Shown: in pieces, positions 33,201 to 41,325 of the stretch
Layout of the letters: each line of letters opens with the position of its first letter
Position numbering within the stretch: the first letter of the stretch is position 1
Origin: Pelomyxa schiedti
Lineage: Eukaryota > Protista > Evosea
Assembly (NCBI GenBank): GCA_020536535.1
Contig: JAHLWZ010000278.1
Span: forward strand, 1-41,325
Direction of reading: 5' to 3'
DNA: 41,325 nucleotides
The notes under the pieces: model-generated
What the model was told of the DNA's origin: nothing
Seen by the model: only the letters and a program-made list of their open reading frames with translations
The model's database searches: none
Translations under genes and position numbers: made by a program

Positions 33201-35161
33201 AAAAGCAGGTACATCTTGGCGAACAATTCTCTCCACCATCACACTCCTCTCCAGGTTCCACAATAGCATTGCCACATACTACAACAATGTTAGTAAATAC
33301 TTCATATAAAAGGTAGCTACCAGATTGACTGACGGGCAGAGTGCATGGTGAAGAAGCAGTGAAAGTTCCTATTGTGGTGCAAAAAGATGTGGCCGGACAT
33401 TCAAAAAAGGTTGGTGGTACAGATGAGGAGTTGCTGCAACGGAGGTAGTACCGTGTGATATTCTCTATGCAGGCAAATGCCGTGGTATTTACCACCTTGC
33501 AAACAGCAAACAAGTTGGAAGAATTAACTGAGAATAAGGCGTTAGAAACGAAAAAAAGTGGAATCATGACTCTACCTCTTGTACAATGGATACTCTTTGG
33601 AATAGTAGGTACAAGTCCTTCCAGGCAGGTGCACTTGTTGGAACATGTAGGGCTGGTAACCTCACATTCTTCAGATTCTTCGATTTGTCCATCTCCACAT
33701 GTCGGTGGTTTCGCTGGTTGTGAAGACTTAGAGGAAATGTGAACTTGTCTAATTTCTATGTACCTGTGTTATCTGTACAGCTGTCACTCAGAGGGTCTGT
33801 TGCTACAGTGTCCATGGTACAACTACAAGATTTCGTGCAATTTGCACCTCCTATCTCACATCTCTCCCCCGGTTCCACGAGGCCGTTGCCACACACTAAA
33901 ATACACCTATTAGGAAGCAGAGAGGAAAAAGAGGTCTCCAACCTGATGTATTTGAGATGGTGCAGGGATTGTATGACGTAGCATTTGGCACAATAGGGCC
34001 AATACTAGAATTGCAAATAGTTCCGACAACACATTCTTCAAATGAGAGGTATCCGTTGTGACACGCCAAAAATTCCTTTTCGACTCCTGGTATGCAAGTA
34101 TACGACTCATTTGTGGTGTTACGACATGGAAGGAGTAGTGATATGTTGGAAAACTGAGGAGGCAAGCAATTAACACTCAGTGGCACTGTAGAACTGAAAC
34201 CTGTCAAAGAATCTTTAAATGAAATATGTTGAGTGAATGGCCATACCATCCAAGCAAGTGCAATTATCCCTACAGTTGACTCCATTTAGTTCACACTGTT
34301 CCCCAGGTTCCAGTACGCCATTCCCACACCCAGGGCCAACCCGGATACAGTTTATGCTCACAGGAAGTGTTGCAAAGAAACCGGAATCACATGTACAATT
34401 GGGTAAACAATTTCGTCCTCCAATCTCACATTCCTCATTTCCTTCAATGAGTCCGTCTCCACACAGTACTCTTTCTTTTTCACGTTAGATTCGTTGGGTT
34501 TGAGAGAAGGGAGTTCTTACGAGTGCAATTAACACTGATGGGGGAAAGTGGGACTGTGTTGTTCACACAACGGCACTCGCTACTACAACCAAATCCACCA
34601 AGTTCACATTCCTCGCCTGCTTCGATAATCCTGTTCCCACATTCAGCTGAAAAGAGGTAAGGATACAACAGTAGACACAAAAGAAAAAGTAGAACCTGGC
34701 CTGGGTGGCGTAGAAGTGCAGTTTACACTGAGAGGTGAACTCGGGAAGCTACCACGGGCACATTGACATGAAGAAGTACAGTTTGTTCCATTGCTCTCGC
34801 ACTGCTCGCCAGAGTCAATCCGTCCGTTTCCGCAAACTAATATCTCGTCATGATTCAAGACAACAACAAGATATCAATACACACGCGTGCAGTTAATGCT
34901 CAGAGGCCTCGTTGGCACAGAACCAATGATACAAGTGCAATTCCGAGTGCAGAAAGTACCTCCGCGTTCACATACTTCGCCCATTTCCAGTACACCATTT
35001 CCACACAGCCCGCATACTACAGAATAAAAGGTAAGGAAAAAAAAAAGGAAACAGAATAAAAGGTAAGGAAAAAAAAAAGGAAAAAAAACGCATTGGATAC
35101 CAAGAGAAGGCAGTACACAGACGACTACGAATAACGAAGAAACTACAACAACACGATGCAT
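30273..35161 (-). CDS. Large secreted Cys-rich repeat protein: about 21 CGNG..E.GE.C(D/E) repeats (Myxococcus cysteine-rich/DUF4215-like) with four interspersed modules of a second Cys type
   Basis: Signal peptide MHRVVVVSSLFVVVCVLPSLG. Repeats such as CGNGVLEMGEVCERGGTFCTRNCTC, mostly one per exon. No C-terminal TM. Single-gene continuity is inferred, not checked at every junction. Confidence 0.8.
35019..35085. repeat. Tandem duplication of about 32 bp in intron 1 of the Cys-rich gene
   Basis: ACAGAATAAAAGGTAAGGAAAAAAAAAAGGAA occurs twice, with small differences in the A-run. Confidence 0.8.
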
Positions 35162-35612
35162 GGTACAACTAGATCTCAAAACAACAACAACAAATGACAA
35201 GCTGCACCCAAAAAACAGCAGCTAGCACCCTCTGTGTCATTGGGAAACAAATAATAAATTTTTTGTGTTGATGAGAACGGTTTTTTTTATGATGCCTTGG
35301 GAAACTTGGAACACACAGGTTCACCAAAAAGGAATAGAGCGAGGAGCCTTTCTTAGGCTTTCTTTTTTGCTGGTGCTGCACCCTTATGTGTAAAAAAATG
35401 AAAAGAAATGCACCCTTTATGTACCGTTGTGTTGGGGCAAGGGAAATCATAGCAAAAAAAAGTAACATTTGTGCACAGAACAAGTTGTGAAAGCACAAAT
35501 TGGGCAAATCATTTTGCAAAAGAGAAGGATCTTGGGTGGTTTCTAATGAGCTGTAATTTTCTAAACTGTGTTTTTCTAAAAAAAAATGCCATAAAACCTA
35601 TCAACATAGTGT

Positions 35613-38600
35613 TCACAGCCTTTTAGGTGGGGGGATAATTGGGGAGGTGGAGGAAGGAGCAACAAGGTGAATGGATGGTGAGAGTGATGCCAGCCACTGT
35701 CTGATGATGCTCTCTTGAACCTGCTGCTCATAATCATCACCATCAGCACCGGAATCCCCACTGATCGACAATGAGTGCACTGTTGTGGAGCAGCAACATA
35801 ACAGGAGGTGGACCACCAGTGTGAATGGTATCCGGTTCTTCTCTGTGGTTGTGTGAAAAATGAGAGCACAGAGGCAGCACTACACTACACACCAAGAATA
35901 GAGATGCATGACTGAACCACAAGGGACAATAGGTCCTCGGGAATTGCATACAGTTGTGGTGATCCATGTGGGTGAGTCATAGTCTTTACCACCTTTATGC
36001 AGGCATTCCTTCTATTCAGACAATCAGCAACAGTGTATTCAGGAACTTCGCCACATAGTCTTGTGACTTCTTTGTGTTGTTGAGAATCAAGGTTTGTGGA
36101 GTAATGGAAATAGAACCTTCTGCATCTGAACGTTGCAGCAAGGCCTTTTGTTCGGCTAAGAAGTTTGCTTGTGAAAGCAGAGGCAAAGATTGGAATGTTA
36201 AATCGGTGATTTGAGGGTGAATCATTTCAGCTATCAAAATCCCAAAGCTCCACTGATCCCCTTTGCATCGCTTAGGTTTTTGGAAAGTGTATACTCGGGA
36301 AAAACCTTTTATTGAGTAATTCTTGGTGAACATCTGGGGTGCCATGTAAATAGGTGTGCCAGGTACTTTTGTTTGGTTCTGTGAAGTCATGCCACGTGAC
36401 ATACCTTTGTGAATGTCATTACAAGTACAGTAAACGGAAGAAGAAATACCAAAGTCACAAATCTTTGGAGTTCCATTTTCGGCCAGGAGGACATTGTTGC
36501 TGCTTAAATCCCGGTGCATGTATTTTTGCCTAGAGTTTATGTATGTGTTTTGAGTTGTGGATGGTGTGTTGCTAAACTTGGTTAAATTACATGTAACACG
36601 GACCTATGAAGGGTCTCCATTCCCTTTGCAATACCAAGTGCCAGACCTACCACTTCTATGAAGGTAAGTGGTTTCTTTGTAATTATTAGAAAACGCTTGA
36701 CTTCATGGATAAAACCTGTTGAAGGATTTGCCGGAGACTGCAACACATAAGTTCAGATACTATTAAGAGTTGACCAGGTGATGGTGTGCACGTTCCGATG
36801 CACTTCACAATGTTGGGGTGTCTCAGCCCACTTACAATCTATGTATATTTGGTTAAATATATGTCATGCAATTGGAAATGATACCTCTGCTTCAAGCCTG
36901 AAATGGTTATTATTGTAATCTGACGCAATAGATTCATGAAGTGTTTTCACCGCTACTTCCTGTGATGCAGGAACATATATATATTTGTATACAGCCCCGT
37001 AAGACCCACTTTCCAATCGGGACAAAAATCTCAGGTCAGCTTCTCTAATGATTGTCACAGGTGGCACTCTAACCCTCACTTGCAGCTGTGCTTTTGAATG
37101 GTAAGAAAAAAAATCCCTGTACATAAAACCTGGAGCCGTGGAGGACAAATCACCCAGCGTTAATGAAGTGTTACTGAGTGACCGCTCTGAACAGTTATCT
37201 CCAACAAAAGAGACTGCTTGGATGTTTTCATCAATACTAAACTTCCTTTCAATTTCCATCTTCACAATCTTGTTCCTTGATTAGTAAAAAAGAGATTATC
37301 GAGTGAAGCTTACCTTGTCAAGCGGGCACTGAGAGCAAAGGGTTGCAAGAAATGTGTTATTTGTCCTTTCCAGTGTGACTGAAACTTCCTTCCTCTTACA
37401 GGTATCCGTTTTTTGAGGGGTTGAAGAAAGAGATTTGACCCAACACCCTTGTTGAATATGTTGTAAGACGTGGTCAATGCCTATCCGGACCGAATCATTA
37501 GAAACAAGTAATACAAACGAGAACAATACATTCTCCTTGCTTTTGGAACTCTGCTTCTTGACCACGCATCACTGTAAGAGGAAATCATTGATAAAAATAG
37601 GGTTTTGGCGCATACATACACTCGGTTTGGTCAGAAAGGTTCTGTTTAGCAGTTTGTAGATACTCCTCGGATATTCTTAATTGCCCCTGCAAAGCTGCTT
37701 TTTCTCTGAGCAGTTGTTGCACAGAGCATTTCAACTGGCTGTTTTCATTCTCCAGTAAGTCTATTCTTTGCTGTAGATTCGTAGTAATCTGCGGGTCAAC
37801 ACCACCGCGCCCAAGGTGATGAAAGGGACCACCCCTCAATTCCTGGAACACACCGTTTTGTTGCAGCTTCACAACTCTGCAAGTAACCTCCCGGCCCTGC
37901 CAATCCCTGAACTTCGCAGTGCCGTCTCCCACCCTGTCGGCTGAGAATTTACCGGTGAATTCGTCCCCGTTTGGCCACCTCTTGGTTCCCGACTTGAGCA
38001 CCCCAGCTTCCCACACCCCGGTAATCACAGTGCCATCGCAGGCCCACGTCTTCGTGCCTGATCCGTGCTCTTTTCCCCGCTCCCATTTCCCGAAGTACAT
38101 AGTGCCGTCTCCCCACATCCTCGCGCCCCGGCCGTGGAACAGCCCGTCCTTCCACTCGCCCCCATAATTCCCTCCCGCGGCCTCGAACAGCGCGCCTCTG
38201 CCGCTCCTGACCCCGCGGTCAAAGTTCCCGTAGTAGATATCCCCGGTCTCAGGTGACCTCCACATGCCCGTGCCGTGCCACTTGTTCCGGTCCCACTCGC
38301 CCTCGTACACGGTGGCCATGGGGCCGCCGCCGCCCGGGGCCCGAACTCGCTGGACCCCCCACCCCTGCATCTCGTGGGCCCCGGCCGCCTCGTTCCACGC
38401 CCACTCGCCGTGCTGCATGTCGACGGCGTTGGGCCACCAAGTCCCGTGGGGGCGGCGGTTGGCCCGCCACAGGCCCTCGTACCACCCCCCCCGCTGGCGT
38501 ACTGCACGCGCCCCAGCCGTCCCGCTGGCCCTGCTGCCACTCCCCGTCGTAGGTCGACGTGGACGACGAGGAGGACCAGGAGAGGACCCCGCGGCCGTGC

Positions 38601-38767
38601 ATGAGGCCGCGCCACTCGCCGTCGTAGGTGGTCGTGGTGCCGTCGTGCGGGGACCGAGACTTGACGAGGCCACGGCCGTCGCGCTTGCTGTCGACGAGCC
38701 GCCCTGTGTACGAGAAGGCACCGTCGCCGCCGGACCCAACGTCGGTAACGGTCACAACGCGCTCCAT
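35613..38767 (-). CDS. MORN-repeat / coiled-coil / TKL-type protein kinase, with a frameshift at a G8 run (38485-38492)
   Basis: MORN repeats (YEGEWDRNKWHGTG, YGGEWKDGLFHGRG), a coiled coil, and intact kinase motifs ESGSYGAV, VAVK, HRDLSSNNVLL, DFG, GTPIYMAPQ, DQWSFG. The last exon ends at 35613. Confidence 0.88.
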
Positions 38768-38867
38768 TGGAGCAGAACGGCGAACGAATGTGATGGTTTT
38801 GTTACGCGAAGTGCACTTTTTACTTTGTACTGGGTGTCCATCACAAATGTGGTGGTGGTGGGGCACA

Positions 38868-39017
38868 TCACATCTTGGCAACTCTGCGCTCGGGCTCGGC
38901 AGAGCCTTCGCTCTTGTTGGTGGTTTGTTTGGGGTCGCCGCCACTGGTCGTTGACCCCGTGGTGTCTGTAGTTGATGCAGAAGACGAAGTGTCTGCTTTG
39001 CCTTGTTGTGCTCCCAT
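38868..39017 (-). CDS. 49-aa Ser/Thr-rich microprotein A with N-terminal Met-Gly (putative myristoylation)
   Basis: MGAQQGKADTSSSASTTDTTGSTTSGGDPKQTTNKSEGSAEPERRVAKM-stop; paralog at 39412-39558. Confidence 0.7.
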   Translation of the reverse strand: MGAQQGKADTSSSASTTDTTGSTTSGGDPKQTTNKSEGSAEPERRVAKM

Positions 39018-39411
39018 TCCAACTGTGTAATGAATGTTAGCAGGCATTTTACCAATGAATGCAAGGACACACCGATGTGGCTTGGTCGAAGTGTGTTTTT
39101 ATGTTCTCTTTTTTATGTGGGATAAAATGGCGTTTTAACGGTTCCTCGTGTATGTAAATCGTGATGAAATTAACAATTTCTACAACATCAACAACCAAAA
39201 CAAGCTTGGGGGTGTTCACGTGAACCTGCGTCGATTGATTCTAGAAATACTACCCCTAGCAGACAGTAATTCTTGTCATATCCCACCATGCATGTGTGTT
39301 TCGTCCCTGCACCATAGTCACAACAGCACCCGTGAAATCATGTTGTAAAGGCGACTTTGGGACCACACACAAATTGGGATTTCCCAATGTTATATTATGT
39401 AGCTTTAGAAG

Positions 39412-39558
39412 CTACTTCATAGCAGGCCTTCGCCTAGGCTCTTCAGAGTGTGTCTGCTTGGGTTTGGTGTCGCTGTCACCAGTCGTGCCCGTAGACTCCG
39501 TCGTTTCTGTCGTCGATGAAGAAGACGTTGTGTCTGCTTTGCCTTGTTGCGCTCCCAT
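39412..39558 (-). CDS. 48-aa Ser/Thr-rich microprotein B with N-terminal Met-Gly (putative myristoylation)
   Basis: MGAQQGKADTTSSSSTTETTESTGTTGDSDTKPKQTHSEEPRRRPAMK-stop; first 10 residues identical to A, with synonymous differences. Confidence 0.72.
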   Translation of the reverse strand: MGAQQGKADTTSSSSTTETTESTGTTGDSDTKPKQTHSEEPRRRPAMK

Positions 39559-39743
39559 TTCTTTTCTGGAGCTTCAGCGTTAATATGAATGAGTTGTGTG
39601 TTTCGCGTTTGGGGAAAATGGCACACCTACTGGGTAGGCAGTTGAACCGCTTGTGCTGCGATGGCAGTGAGGTTGTTTGTTTTCTGCAGACTGGGAAACT
39701 GTGATGAAATGACAGATCGAGACATTTCCAATAATCAACACCG

Positions 39744-40481
<738 letters not shown>

Positions 40482-40689
40482 TAATCAATAAGAAAATGTT
40501 TCTTATTATTTTAGAAAACAACTGTTTCTAATATTCGATGCAGTACATTGGACTGTGCTAATTTGCGCAGCCGTTGTAATTTGTGCTATTGGCTCCTGCT
40601 TACTTGTTATTTTCTTGTGGCACAAAAAGTAGTTCCCACGCTTGTGATGCCGCGTACATTATTCTCAGTATCTACAGAATGAAACAATC

Positions 40690-40789
40690 NNNNNNNNNNN
40701 NNNNNNNNNNNNNNNNNNNNNNNNNNNNNNNNNNNNNNNNNNNNNNNNNNNNNNNNNNNNNNNNNNNNNNNNNNNNNNNNNNNNNNNNN
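40690..40789. other. Assembly gap (100 N)
   Basis: Run of N. Confidence 1.
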
Positions 40790-41117
40790 GTCCGATTACG
40801 GCGGCGGGGGCTCAGAGCACCAGCCGTGGGGGCCGCATTCGCCGCCGGACTGGACCGACAGCGGCACATCGGTGTACGACTACCCCAGTGGCCCCACTAC
40901 GACTAGCACGCCGTCTCAGCCACAGTCACACTCGCGAGGGGGACCCGATTATGGTTCTGATTCTGACCACCACCACGGCCACCACAGTGACGACGATGAC
41001 GATGACGATGATTATAGCGATGACAGTGATGGAGATGATGATGATGACGATGACGATGATGATGATGGTAGCGATAGAGTTCTGAAAATCCCAGGTTTGA
41101 ATCGAACACGCCTTTAA
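40790..41117 (+). CDS. Second copy or allele of the poly-Asp protein, 3' part, with shorter Asp tract
   Basis: 40790-41325 matches 40082-40689. The first Asp run is 8 versus 39 residues and the last run is longer. Confidence 0.8.
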
Positions 41118-41325
41118 TAATCAATAAGAAACGGTTTCTTATTATATTAGAAAACAACTGTATCTAATATTCGATGCAGTACATTGGACTGTGCTAATTT
41201 GCGGAGCCGTTGTAATTTGTGCTATTGGCTCCTGCTTACTTGTTATTTTCTTGTGGCACAAAAAGTAGTTCCCACGCTTGTGATGCCGCGTACATTATTC
41301 TCAGTATCTACAGAATGAAACAATC

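Noticed and set aside
30273-35020. Regularly spaced repeats as a CRISPR-like array
   Set aside because: Conservation is at the protein level (Cys repeats) and the spacers are spliceosomal introns.
40790-41325. True tandem array of the poly-Asp gene
   Set aside because: Not accepted as established: both copies end at the same base (GAAACAATC), one at the gap and one at the window end, which fits haplotype or assembly duplication.

Overview
Intron-rich eukaryotic DNA, not prokaryotic. Genes are tightly packed and split by many short (about 32-60 nt) spliceosomal introns, so the ORF track fragments almost every gene. Gene families and style suggest an amoebozoan, probably an archamoeba such as Pelomyxa; this is an inference from memory of such families, not a search result. 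I reconstructed exon chains by hand. In order: a degenerate ROCO (LRR-Roc-COR-kinase) gene plus PEX16 exon 1, which duplicates 9446-13041; a gap; the tail of a GPI-type gene; a two-TM dCache-like sensor fused to a class I cyclic-nucleotide phosphodiesterase; the full ROCO copy, which has an extra N-terminal degenerate small-GTPase-like region; PEX16; a Lys/Ser/Pro-rich protein; a polytopic membrane protein; a multi-TM EEP phosphoesterase tail-to-tail with a Stealth phosphotransferase; three intronless paralogs of a helical-motif plus beta-propeller-like family; a PLP aminotransferase; a large secreted Cys-repeat protein; a MORN-TKL kinase; two tandem 48-49 aa putatively myristoylated microproteins absent from the ORF track; and a secreted His/poly-Asp protein present twice. 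The most notable items are the receptor-type Cache-PDE, the microprotein pair, an inverted copy of a whole intron inside another intron of the Stealth gene, and the ROCO with all catalytic motifs degenerate.
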